NCBI GenBank assembly: GCA_038230375.1
Contig: JBBRNJ010000008.1
Coordinates: 101,045 to 165,044 of the forward strand
Direction of reading: 5' to 3'
DNA: 64,000 nucleotides
Source of the DNA: Polyangiales bacterium
GTDB lineage: Bacteria > Myxococcota_A > Polyangia > Polyangiales > Polyangiaceae
In this document: positions 1 through 9,259 of the stretch, one piece after another
Numbering within the stretch: the stretch's first letter is position 1
Layout: the number at the start of each line of letters is the position of its first letter
Made by a program: the position numbers and the translations under genes
The notes under the pieces: generated by a model
The model's database searches: none
The model's input: only the letters and a program-made list of their open reading frames with translations
Told to the model about the DNA's origin: nothing

Positions 1-188
1 CAGAGACCACGGCCCCCGCTGGCACCGTCGGCTGTTCCATGGACCAGGACTGCAACAGCGGCAAGACAGGCACGGAGACCGTGTGCTCGCGCACGAAGCT
101 CTATTGCATCCACGCCTGCCATACCGACAGCGACTGCGCCGGCGGCACCTCGTGCACGCAGACCTCCCCGCACTGGAGCTGCAACTAG
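1..188 (+). CDS. 3' end of a Cys-rich protein (partial, runs off window start)
   Basis: Frame from base 3 reads ETTAPAGTVGCSMDQDCNSG...CSRTKLYCIHACHTDSDCAGGTSCTQTSPHWSCN then TAG at 186-188; high GC3. Confidence 0.7.
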   Translation, partial: ETTAPAGTVGCSMDQDCNSGKTGTETVCSRTKLYCIHACHTDSDCAGGTSCTQTSPHWSCN

Positions 189-192
189 CGCG

Positions 193-855
193 TCAGGCCT
201 TTTCGTCGGACTTGACGGCGGGAGCGGCGCGGCGGTGCTTGATGAACTCGATGATGGCCGGCAGGATCGAGATGAAGATGATCGCGAAGACGACGACCGA
301 GAAGTTCTTCTTCACGATCGGGTAGCCGCCAAACAGGTAGCCCGCGCCGAAGAGGCTGGTGACCCAGAGGACGGCGCCTGCGACGCTGTAGCCGATGAAC
401 TTGCGGAAGTTCATGGCGCCCGCGCCCGCCACGAACGGCGCGAAGGTGCGGACGATGGGGACGAAGCGAGCAATGATGATCGTCTTGCCGCCGTACTTCT
501 CGAAGAACGCGTGCGTCTTGTCGAGGTGCTTCTTGTTGAAGAGGCGCGACTTCTCGCCCTTCATGACGCGCGGCCCGATGGCCTTGCCGACCTGGTAGTT
601 CACGTTGTCGCCGATGAGCGCGGCCGCGATGAGCCCGAGCGCAAGCACCAGCGGGTTCAGCCCGCTGTTCTCCAGCGACGCGACCGCGCCCGCCGCGAAG
701 AGGAGCGAGTCACCGGGCAAGAACGGCGTCACGACGAGGCCAGTCTCGCAGAACACGATCAACCACAGGATCGCGTACGTGGTGGTTCCATATTGCGCCG
801 TGATCGCCTCGAGGTGCTTGTCGAGGTGAAGGACGATGTCGAGCAGCTCTTTCAT
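193..855 (-). CDS. dedA: DedA/VTT family membrane protein
   Basis: ETGLVVTPFLPGDSLLF and ARFVPIVRTFAPFVAG motifs; start overlaps the upstream stop by 1 nt. Confidence 0.93.
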   Translation of the reverse strand: MKELLDIVLHLDKHLEAITAQYGTTTYAILWLIVFCETGLVVTPFLPGDSLLFAAGAVASLENSGLNPLVLALGLIAAALIGDNVNYQVGKAIGPRVMKGEKSRLFNKKHLDKTHAFFEKYGGKTIIIARFVPIVRTFAPFVAGAGAMNFRKFIGYSVAGAVLWVTSLFGAGYLFGGYPIVKKNFSVVVFAIIFISILPAIIEFIKHRRAAPAVKSDEKA

Positions 856-2180
856 CAGGCAGATTCGCCGCCGCTACCGCCGCTCCCGCCAGGCCCAGGC
901 TTGGGTCGGAAGCTTGCGGGAGGGGGAGGCGGGAGGTCGCCGGACGCGGGAGGCGCGGGGACAGTCGCAGCCGTCTGTGCGGCCTTCATGTTGGCGGATG
1001 GCGTACCGGTACCCGTGCCTGGCCCGGTACCGGTACCTGGCAGGGTGCCGGTCCCCGGCCCGGTGGCCGGTGTTGCGGCGGGAGCGGGAGCGGGAGTCCC
1101 CCCCGCGGGCGGGGTGGGTGCAGCTGCTTCGCCGACCTTCGGGCTCGAGCCGCCGGGGCTGGGGCTGGGACCGGGAGCGCCAGTACCAGGAGCGCCGGTA
1201 CCGGGAGCGCCAGTACCGGGAGCGCCAGCGCCGGGTATGGCCGGTGTGCCTACGGGTGTCTGATGAAGGATCGCGGGCGGGGCGGCTGCGGCTGCGGCCT
1301 TGCTCGTGAGACCCGGCGCCGTGTTTTCCTCGGCCATGCCGAGCCCGTCGGCCTTCGGGATCTCGATCTCGCGCGTGGGCGCGTCGCCGTCGGGGTCCTC
1401 GTCGGTGATCGACTTGAACTCCTCGATGCGAATGAGGATGGCGGTGATGTTGTCCTCGCCGCCGTGCTCGTTCGCCTTCGTGATGAGCCGCTTGCAGGCC
1501 TCACGCATGTCCGTGGTCGCCGCCACGATGTTCTGGATGTCCTCATCCACGACCATGCCGGAGAGACCGTCGGAGCAAAGTACGTACACGTCCCCGGACC
1601 GGGGATCATCGTGTTGCAGGTCGACGACGACCTGATCCTGCATTCCGAGGGCACGCGTGATCACGTTCTTCGGGAGCTCGCTCCGCTGCTCTTCCGTGAG
1701 GTCGGGCATGGCGAGGAGGTAGTCATTGATGAGGGAGTGATCGCGCGTGAGCTGCTGGATCTTCCCCTCGCGCACGCGGTAGCAGCGGGAGTCACCCACG
1801 TGCCCGATGTACATGCGCTTCTTGCGGGGGCTGAACATGCAGCCGACGACCGTCGTGCCCATGCCATGGCATTCCCGCGAGCGCGTGCTGCGCTCGAAGA
1901 TCTGCCTGTTGGCGACCCGAATGCCGGTGAGCAGACGGTTCTCCTCCTCCGACAGGTTGGTGTCGAAGTGGAACGGCCAGGTCACGTCCTCGTTCGCGGT
2001 CGAACGAAAGAACTCGGAGATGGTCTCCGTTGCGAGGCGAGACGCTACGTCTCCCGCGCGGTGCCCTCCCATGCCATCCGCCACGACGAACAGATCGAAC
2101 TCCTTCAACACAACGTATGAATCTTCGTTGTGCTCCCGCTGGAGTCCTACGTCGGACAAGCCGGCTGCCACTGCGCGCAT
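855..2180 (-). CDS. PP2C/PPM-family Ser/Thr phosphatase with a long Pro/Gly/Thr-rich C-terminal tail
   Basis: REHNED, VADGMGGH, GHVGDSR, LCSDGL and GGEDNIT motifs; ATG at 2180 (alternative TTG at 2234). Confidence 0.92.
   Translation of the reverse strand: MRAVAAGLSDVGLQREHNEDSYVVLKEFDLFVVADGMGGHRAGDVASRLATETISEFFRSTANEDVTWPFHFDTNLSEEENRLLTGIRVANRQIFERSTRSRECHGMGTTVVGCMFSPRKKRMYIGHVGDSRCYRVREGKIQQLTRDHSLINDYLLAMPDLTEEQRSELPKNVITRALGMQDQVVVDLQHDDPRSGDVYVLCSDGLSGMVVDEDIQNIVAATTDMREACKRLITKANEHGGEDNITAILIRIEEFKSITDEDPDGDAPTREIEIPKADGLGMAEENTAPGLTSKAAAAAAPPAILHQTPVGTPAIPGAGAPGTGAPGTGAPGTGAPGPSPSPGGSSPKVGEAAAPTPPAGGTPAPAPAATPATGPGTGTLPGTGTGPGTGTGTPSANMKAAQTAATVPAPPASGDLPPPPPASFRPKPGPGGSGGSGGESA
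1165..1235. repeat. 15-bp tandem repeat encoding (GAPGT)n in the PP2C tail
   Basis: Three imperfect copies of ccgggagcgccagta plus a partial fourth. Confidence 0.8.
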
Positions 2181-2303
2181 CAAATGATCGTCTCCGGTTT
2201 GGTCCAGGCTTTCATCGCCGCCTGTGGGTGTCAAGCCCCTGTCTCGGGATAGCCCGAACAGACTCGAGGCTCGTGCGTTACTCGGGTCGGTAGTACCTCG
2301 CCC

Positions 2304-2861
2304 TCAGACTTCGAGGATGTCCTTCTCCTTGTGGGAAACGAAGGAGTCGGTCTGCTTGTTGCCCTCGGAGACGATCTCCTCGGCCTTCTTCTTGGCGCGC
2401 TCCACGTCGTCGGTGCTGGCATCGCCCGCGTCGTCGATCTCTTTCAGCATGTCCAGGGCGTCGTGACGGGCCTTGCGCACCGACACCTTGCACTCCTCGC
2501 CGTACTTGCGCGCGATCTTGACGAACTCCTTGCGGCGCTCCTCCGTCAGCGGGGGAAGCGGGATGCGAATGAGGTCGCCGTCCATTTGCGGGTTGAGGCC
2601 GAGATCGCTCTCGCGAAGGGCCTTCTCCACGGCCTTCATGACGCTCTTGTCCCAGGGCTTCACCGTGAGCATGCGCGCCTCTGGCACGTTGATGTTCGCC
2701 ATCTGGCCGAGCGCGGTCATGGTGCCGTAGTAGTCGACGCGAATGCCGTCGAGGAGACTGGTGTTGGCGCGGCCAGCGCGGAGCTTGGTGAGCTCCCGTT
2801 TCAGCGCTTCGTGCGCCTTGGCGACGGAGCTCTGGAGCTCCTTCAGTACGTCGTCGAGCAT
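2304..2861 (-). CDS. frr: Ribosome recycling factor
   Basis: 185 aa from MLDDVLKELQ; LRAGRAN, VDYYG, LGLNP and PPLTEERRKE motifs. Confidence 0.96.
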   Translation of the reverse strand: MLDDVLKELQSSVAKAHEALKRELTKLRAGRANTSLLDGIRVDYYGTMTALGQMANINVPEARMLTVKPWDKSVMKAVEKALRESDLGLNPQMDGDLIRIPLPPLTEERRKEFVKIARKYGEECKVSVRKARHDALDMLKEIDDAGDASTDDVERAKKKAEEIVSEGNKQTDSFVSHKEKDILEV

Positions 2862-2979
2862 GCGTTTTCTCCCGCGAGAGGCCTCACACCCTAACCCAAA
2901 GACGGCGGGCGCACACATTCCTTTTGTGCCCACCCATTCACATGTCCACCATGACGGGGGCCCGCTATAACCCAGGGCG

Positions 2980-4635
2980 GTGAAGGCTCGGGTTTTCGTT
3001 CTTGCGCTCGGGATGGCGATGGGTCTCGGCATGGGTGGTTGCAAAGATGCGCCGCCGCCAGCGCCCGTGGAGAAGGAGCCCCCAACGCCCCCTGCTCCCG
3101 CCGATCTTCTGGGCTGGGCAGTCATTCCGACGCCGGACACCTCGTGGGGGAAGCTGCAGCGCGCGGTCGGCGGCTCGCTCGGGCTGATCCCTTCCACCAT
3201 GGGGGGGCTCGTGACGGCGCTCGGCGGCATTGACAGCTCGCTCTCTCCCGAGGTCGACGGTCGCGCGCCCGCGTTCGTCGCATGCTCCGGCACGGCCGAG
3301 GACATGGCGTGGGTCATCTCGCTTCACCTTCGCGACGCGAGGCATGCGCGCGCGGAGCTGGGCGATGGCGGGCATTTCAAGACGCGCGATGGCCACGGCA
3401 TGACGATCCTCGTCCCCGTACAGTCCACGCAGTTCACCGTCGCGTTCGACGGCGATCGCATGCTGCTCGCGCGCCGCGAGTCCGATCTGGATGCGCTCGG
3501 CGTGTATGCCTCGCGTACGTTGCCCAAGGGCCCCGTACCAGGCAATGCGCTGGTCGCGGAGATCCCGAAGAGCGGCATGGCTGCATTCACGGGCGCGCTC
3601 GCAGGCGCATTCAAGGACCTCGCCGACGGCGCAAAAGCGAGCGAGAAAGCCCAGCGCGAGCAGCACGGAGGAAAACAGGCGGACTTCGCTGACACGGAGG
3701 CCGTCCTTGGGTTCGCCGACGAGTTCATCGGGGCCCGCACGAAGGAGCTCTCGGATTTCGCGCACGCGAAGCTCACGCTCGACACCGGCGATGACGGTGT
3801 GCACGCGGTGATGCTGGTAACGCCGCAGGACGGCGCTGGCGCATCGCGCGACTTCGTCTCGGGGCTCGGTGTGGGCGACGCGGCGCCGCTCGTGTCCAGC
3901 TGGGCCGACGCCCGCGCAAGCATCCTCGTTCGCACCACGCCCGCATCGCGCAAGGCGCATGCGCAGGTCGTGTCCGATGCGCTCACGCGTGCGCTCGGTG
4001 CTCGCCTCACCGACACCGGCAGGAAGGAGATGGGCACCGTGCTCCATGCGTGGGAGTCCGGCGTGTCGGACGCGCTGGTGGTGAGCTTGCCCTCGGCCAC
4101 GTCGGGCGCTGTCCTCGCGAGGGTGGGTGTATCGGACGAGAAGCTCGTGAAGGACGCGCTGGTTGCCGTTCCGCCGCTGCTCGCCGAGAAGGCGTTCGCC
4201 GCGCCGCTCGGCGTCACACAGGCCGTCACCGCGAAGAAGGACATCACGGGTGGAGGCTCGGCCGACGTGTTCACGTGGGCGCGTGTTGCGGACAAGAAGC
4301 GGGGCATCAAGGCCGGCTCTCTTGGTGTGGCGTCCGCGTTGGACTCCGGGTCCGCGTTTCTTGCGCTCGGCGAGGACCCGCTCCCCGTGTTGCTCTCCGG
4401 CGTTCATCCCGAGCGGAAGCTGGGCGACGACAACCTGCTCGCCGGTCCGCTCACCGCGCTCGGCTCCGAGGTGTCGGTGGTGGTGCTCGCGCAGCCGCTC
4501 AAGCTCGATCCCGGCCACCTTGGTGAGCCCGCAGCGCCCGGACTGCTCGCGCTCGGACGACGCGGGGGCGACGCGATGATCCGCGTGGACCTCTCGCTCG
4601 GGCTCCTCAAGGGCTTCTCCAGGAAGGTGCTCTGA
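2980..4635 (+). CDS. Hypothetical lipoprotein, 551 aa (possibly DUF3352-like)
   Basis: Signal peptide with lipobox MGGC; Pro-rich linker; high GC3. Confidence 0.7.
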   Translation: MKARVFVLALGMAMGLGMGGCKDAPPPAPVEKEPPTPPAPADLLGWAVIPTPDTSWGKLQRAVGGSLGLIPSTMGGLVTALGGIDSSLSPEVDGRAPAFVACSGTAEDMAWVISLHLRDARHARAELGDGGHFKTRDGHGMTILVPVQSTQFTVAFDGDRMLLARRESDLDALGVYASRTLPKGPVPGNALVAEIPKSGMAAFTGALAGAFKDLADGAKASEKAQREQHGGKQADFADTEAVLGFADEFIGARTKELSDFAHAKLTLDTGDDGVHAVMLVTPQDGAGASRDFVSGLGVGDAAPLVSSWADARASILVRTTPASRKAHAQVVSDALTRALGARLTDTGRKEMGTVLHAWESGVSDALVVSLPSATSGAVLARVGVSDEKLVKDALVAVPPLLAEKAFAAPLGVTQAVTAKKDITGGGSADVFTWARVADKKRGIKAGSLGVASALDSGSAFLALGEDPLPVLLSGVHPERKLGDDNLLAGPLTALGSEVSVVVLAQPLKLDPGHLGEPAAPGLLALGRRGGDAMIRVDLSLGLLKGFSRKVL

Positions 4636-4661
4636 TCACGCCTTCGTGATACCCGACGGGG

Positions 4662-5498
4662 GTGGACCTCTCGTACCTGGCCATCCCGACGTTCCAGCGC
4701 GCGCTGCTCGCGGGGTCACTTCTTGCGGCCATGCTCGCGCTCCTTGGCGTGCTCGTCACCGCGCGGGGGCTCTCGCAGCTGGGGGACGGTCTGTCGCATG
4801 CCGCGTTCGGCGGGATCGCGCTCGGGATGTTCATCGGCGTCTCGTCGCCGCTGTGGGTCGCGATCCCGGTGACCGCGCTCGCCGCGATCTCGATCGGCAC
4901 GCTCCGTCGCCGCGGCGGGCTTCGTTCGGACGTGGCCATGGCGATCCTCTTTGCCTCGTGCTTCGCCGCGGGCGTCATCCTCCTTCACGAGCACCTGAAG
5001 CGCGGACAGTCCGGGACGCTCTTCGACCCCGAGCAGCTCCTCTTCGGCAACATCCTCCTCGTGGGCTCGAGCGATCTCTATCTGGTGCTGGGCATCGCGG
5101 CAGTGACGGTCGTCTTCTTCGTGGTGGCGTTCGCGCATGTCGCCTACGCGACCTTCGACGAGGACCTCGCGCGTCTGTCCGGCATCCCCGTCGGGTGGCT
5201 GGAGAGCGCGCTGCTCGCTCTGCTGGCGGCGGTCGTTGTCGCCGCGATCAGGCTCGCGGGCGTCGTCCTCGTGAGCGCGTTCCTCGTCATTCCAGCTGCA
5301 ACCGGCAAGATGCTGGGCCGCACGCTGCCGCGCGTCATCGGCCTTGCGATGCTCTCCGGGGTGCTCGGCGTGCTCTCGGGGTTTGACCTCGGCAACCGGC
5401 TGGAATGGCCCGCGGGCGCGACGATCGTCCTGTCGCTCTCCGCGCAGTTCCTCCTTTCCGTCGCCGTGGTGCAGCTCCGCCGTCGCGGCCGGGCATAG
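4662..5498 (+). CDS. Metal ABC transporter permease (ZnuB/ABC-3 family)
   Basis: GDGLSHAAFGG, LLFGNILLV, TFDEDLA and IPAAT motifs; multiple TM segments. Confidence 0.9.
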   Translation: MDLSYLAIPTFQRALLAGSLLAAMLALLGVLVTARGLSQLGDGLSHAAFGGIALGMFIGVSSPLWVAIPVTALAAISIGTLRRRGGLRSDVAMAILFASCFAAGVILLHEHLKRGQSGTLFDPEQLLFGNILLVGSSDLYLVLGIAAVTVVFFVVAFAHVAYATFDEDLARLSGIPVGWLESALLALLAAVVVAAIRLAGVVLVSAFLVIPAATGKMLGRTLPRVIGLAMLSGVLGVLSGFDLGNRLEWPAGATIVLSLSAQFLLSVAVVQLRRRGRA

Positions 5499-5721
5499 CC
5501 GCCGCCTCGGGCGTGCAGGAGGCTCCGGGATCCCAGAACTGGGCATTCGCGGGCAGGCATTCGCGGCGGGCGCAAAAAAGTGTGACAATGTGGCGGTATC
5601 GAGCCCAATCCGTGATCGGAAAGGCATCGCGCCTCACACCTTGAAATGGGGTAGCCTTTCTCCGCCGGACACCCGCCGGATTCCCCACGCTACGGGTCTT
5701 ACTCGACGAAGGACGTTTGCC

Positions 5722-7704
5722 ATGAGTCTCAAGCTTCGCGCACTCGCTCGGTTGTTGCCGATCTTCTTCGTCGTGGCGGCGCTCTTCTCCTCGATCGCTA
5801 CCGGGTGTGGTCGCTCCGACCTTCTCTCCGACTCCATCACGGTGGATGGTGGCAAGACGGACGGTGGCCCCGGGTCGTGCGGCCCGGCCAACTGCCCCGG
5901 AGGTTGCTGCGACTCGAATGGCACCTGTCGTGTCGGCACGGACGCGCAGGCCTGCGGTGAGCTCGGCGGCACATGCTCGGACTGCCTTGGCCTTGGCTTC
6001 ACCAGCTGCGACGAACAGACGCACGCGTGCAGCAAGATCACCCCGAACTGCGACAGCACCAACTGCACATTCGGCTGCTGCGTGACGGACCCCTCGGGCA
6101 CCCAGTTCTGCGTCGGCGGCACGGACGCGATGGAGTGCGGAGCAAGCGGCGCATCGTGTGCAGACTGCACGCAGTTCGGCGACATCTGCGACACCAACAC
6201 GCGCACGTGCACTCCCTCCAAATGCAATGCGCAGAACTGCGCGGATGGCTGCTGTGTCGGCAACCTGTGTCAGCACGGCGGCAAGAGCGACACGGCCTGC
6301 GGCAACGGCGGCATCGCCTGCGACGACTGCGCCGTGCGCGGCCAGACATGCGGCGTGGGCTCCGACGCCGGCTCGAATTTCGTATGCGTGGGCACCGCCG
6401 CGTGCGGCCCCAAGAACTGCAAGGGCTGCTGCATCGGTGACGTGTGTGTCACCGGTGGCGACGACACGGCCTGCGGCCTGGGCGGGCCCCAGTGCGCCAA
6501 CTGCGCTGGCAAGGGCCAGGCGTGCACTGCAGGCGGTACATGCCAGGCGCCCACGTGCAGCGCCGCCAACTGCGCGGGTTGCTGCCAGGGCAACGCATGC
6601 GTCCTCATGACGTCCGACGCCGCGTGCGGCAAAGGCGGCGCGGCCTGCAAGCCGTGCGGCGTGAACACCACGTGCAACGCTGGTACCTGCGTGGCAACGC
6701 CGCCCTGCGGTCCCGCCACGTGCCCGGCGGGTTGCTGCCAGGCCGGCGTCTGCGCGACCGGTACGCAGAGCACCATCTGCGGCAACAACGGCGCGGCCTG
6801 CCAGAACTGCTCTGTGGCAGGGCTCACTTGCACGGGCCAGGCGTGCGTGAAGCCGGTCTGTAGCCCCGCCAACTGCGCGGGCTGCTGCTCGGCCGGCACA
6901 TGTGTCGCCGGCAACCAGGACATGATCTGCGGCGCGGGCGGCGGCGCTTGCACCGACTGCACCGGCGGCGGCCAGGTCTGCGGTGCGGGCGGTGTCTGCA
7001 AGGCGCCGTGTGGTCCGGCGAACTGCGGGGCAGGCTGCTGCAATGGCCAGGCGTGCGTCGGCGGCTTCCTGAACAACCGCTGCGGCTCCGGCGGCGCGGC
7101 TTGCACCGATTGCGCGGCAGGCGGCTCCACCTGCGACACCGCGGCGGTCCCGCGCGTGTGCACCAAGCCCAACACGTGCCCGCAGAAGTACGCCGGCTGC
7201 GGCGCGGGTGTGTCCACGCCCAAGCTCACCACGCATCAGAACCAGTGCGTCACATCGGACCTGCAGGATGCTGCGGCTGCGTGCAGCGGCGGGCTTGCGG
7301 GCAACAATTGTCAGGCGTTCTTCGCGTTCCTCGCGGCGAACTCGCCGGGCTGCGCGACCTGCCTCGCACCGTTCGAGCACGACTACAACGCCAGCGACTT
7401 CGCGGCGATCTTCAACTGCGCGTCGCCGTTCGTCAGCAACGCCTGCAACCACAACACCGGTTGCGAAACAGACTGCGAGTCCTCTAGCTGCTCGATGTGC
7501 GCGCCTGGCGATGTCACCGCGTGCGAGAACACGGTGCAGGGCATGGGCGGGCAGTGCCAGACCTTCCAGGGGCCGTCCGGTTGCATCAACGGGGCGCTCG
7601 GTAACCCGCCGGGCGACGCATGCGACCCGTTCGACCCGCGCTACAACTTTGGCGACTACGGCCTCTTCCTGCAGGGAATGGGCAAGCTGTTCTGCCAGCC
7701 TTGA
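5722..7704 (+). CDS. Cys-rich repeat lipoprotein (8 repeats with 10 Cys each)
   Basis: Starts MSLKLRALARLL; lipobox ATGC; repeat CGPANCxGCC..C..G....CGxGG.AC..C....C....C. Confidence 0.85.
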   Translation: MSLKLRALARLLPIFFVVAALFSSIATGCGRSDLLSDSITVDGGKTDGGPGSCGPANCPGGCCDSNGTCRVGTDAQACGELGGTCSDCLGLGFTSCDEQTHACSKITPNCDSTNCTFGCCVTDPSGTQFCVGGTDAMECGASGASCADCTQFGDICDTNTRTCTPSKCNAQNCADGCCVGNLCQHGGKSDTACGNGGIACDDCAVRGQTCGVGSDAGSNFVCVGTAACGPKNCKGCCIGDVCVTGGDDTACGLGGPQCANCAGKGQACTAGGTCQAPTCSAANCAGCCQGNACVLMTSDAACGKGGAACKPCGVNTTCNAGTCVATPPCGPATCPAGCCQAGVCATGTQSTICGNNGAACQNCSVAGLTCTGQACVKPVCSPANCAGCCSAGTCVAGNQDMICGAGGGACTDCTGGGQVCGAGGVCKAPCGPANCGAGCCNGQACVGGFLNNRCGSGGAACTDCAAGGSTCDTAAVPRVCTKPNTCPQKYAGCGAGVSTPKLTTHQNQCVTSDLQDAAAACSGGLAGNNCQAFFAFLAANSPGCATCLAPFEHDYNASDFAAIFNCASPFVSNACNHNTGCETDCESSSCSMCAPGDVTACENTVQGMGGQCQTFQGPSGCINGALGNPPGDACDPFDPRYNFGDYGLFLQGMGKLFCQP

Positions 7705-8807
7705 GCGCGCCCGCGTACCTCCTCACGGGGTATCCGTCCTTCACAGCGAAGAAGATGTGCGAGGAGCTCCTGCGTGCGGGAGACGGCGGGGAGGTCTTCG
7801 CGGTGGTCCATGGCAAGCTTGCCAAGGACGCGGACACCGCGCTCTTGGATCTCACCGCGGACGAACGCGCGCGGCTTCACCTGTTCGACGGTGACGCGGC
7901 GGCGCTCGACATGGGGCTGTCGGGCGCGGAGTACAAGGACCTCGCACGGCGCGTGACGCACGTGCACCACATGGCCCGTGTCAGCTACTCCGGAATCGAC
8001 CGCGAGAGAGCGGAGGCCGTGAACGTGGGCGCCACGCGCGAGGTGCTCGAGTTCGCAGCCGCATGCGAACAGCTCCGCTGCGTGGGCATTCACTCCACCG
8101 CGCACGTCGCGGGCGACCGTCGCGGCCACCTGCGCGAGGACGAGCTCGACTGCGGGCAGTCCTTCCGCAACGTGGTCGAGGAGACGTCGGCGCGCGCCGA
8201 AAAGCTGGCCCGTCGCAGGCAACCCAAGGTCCCCGTATGCGTCCTTCGGCCGACCACCATTGTCGGGGACTCGCGCACGGGTGAGGTGGACCGCCTCGAC
8301 GGGCCCTACCTGCTCATCATGCTCATCGTGACCTCGCCGCCGGAGCTGGGGCTGCCGCTTCCCGGGCGCGCGGACGTGCCGCTCCATCTCGTGCCGCTGG
8401 ACTATGTGGTGCGCGCGTCGCGTGCGCTGGTCCTCGCGCCCGACGCGCCGGGTCGCACGTTCCATCTCGCCGATCCCACGCCATGCACCACGCGCCGCGT
8501 ATTCGAGCTCGTTGCGGAGAGCCTGGGCAAGCGGACGCCGCGTGGCTTCATACCCGCGAACATCACGCGTGCGCTCCTTCGCACGCCGGGTCTGGACCGC
8601 CTCGCGTCGAGCCCGCGCGCGTTCATCGAGTCGCTCGCGACCCCAACGACCATCTCCACCACCAACACCGACGAGCTGCTGGCCGGGACCGACATCCGGT
8701 GTCCGCCGTTCGAGAGCTACGTCGACAAGCTGGTCGAGTACGTCCAGGCGCGCCTCCGCGAGAAGCGCGAGCGCGAGCAAGAAGAGAACCATGACACGCT
8801 GGCTTAG
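7701..8807 (+). CDS. Extended SDR / thioester-reductase (NAD_binding_4)-like protein with degenerate catalytic motif
   Basis: LLTGYPSF, VNVGAT, HSTAHVAG, LRPTTIVGDSRTG, VPLDYV; TTG start overlaps the upstream TGA. Confidence 0.8.
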   Translation: MSAPAYLLTGYPSFTAKKMCEELLRAGDGGEVFAVVHGKLAKDADTALLDLTADERARLHLFDGDAAALDMGLSGAEYKDLARRVTHVHHMARVSYSGIDRERAEAVNVGATREVLEFAAACEQLRCVGIHSTAHVAGDRRGHLREDELDCGQSFRNVVEETSARAEKLARRRQPKVPVCVLRPTTIVGDSRTGEVDRLDGPYLLIMLIVTSPPELGLPLPGRADVPLHLVPLDYVVRASRALVLAPDAPGRTFHLADPTPCTTRRVFELVAESLGKRTPRGFIPANITRALLRTPGLDRLASSPRAFIESLATPTTISTTNTDELLAGTDIRCPPFESYVDKLVEYVQARLREKREREQEENHDTLA

Positions 8808-8811
8808 GTGA

Positions 8812-8940
8812 CTGGTGTTGAACACCAGCCCACCTAGCCTTCCACCCAAGTGGGCCACGTGCCGTGCCCCCTCCGAGCTACCGCTCGGAGTCCTCCCCCA
8901 CGCCTCGCTGGGGCGACTCATCCTTCGGATGAGGGAGCGC
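8812..8940. repeat. Cluster of five inverted repeats (REP-like element or structured RNA)
   Basis: Stems at 8812-8828, 8828-8855, 8871-8890, 8896-8913 and 8917-8933. Confidence 0.55.
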
Positions 8941-8980
8941 GCCCGGCCTCCGACCCTGCTACGTACCCGTTGAGCTCGAG

Positions 8981-9247
8981 ATGAGTAGAGAAATAACGAC
9001 GAGAATGAGCCCGGATGCCACGCCGATCGCGCCGCTGGGACCTGGAATGGTGGAGCGCCGCGTGTCGTTGCCGTCCCGGGAGGTCGTGTTCCTCAAGGGC
9101 ATCATCGAGGCGCACGACGGGCTCGCGCAGGTCTACGCGGAGAAGGGCGGTGAGCTCACCATCTGCACGACCGTCGAGCAGGCAGCGGAGCTCGACGCAC
9201 TCCTGCGATCGCTCACGAAGGACATTCCTAGCCTGCTGCTTGGCTAG
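8981..9247 (+). CDS. Small DUF4911-like protein
   Basis: REVVFLKGIIEAHDGLA resembles the DUF4911 core; start may be at 9005. Confidence 0.65.
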   Translation: MSREITTRMSPDATPIAPLGPGMVERRVSLPSREVVFLKGIIEAHDGLAQVYAEKGGELTICTTVEQAAELDALLRSLTKDIPSLLLG

Positions 9248-9259
9248 CGTCCGTGCGAC

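Noticed and set aside
8812..8940. tRNA or tRNA-Sec
   Set aside because: No acceptor stem, TpsiC loop or anticodon geometry
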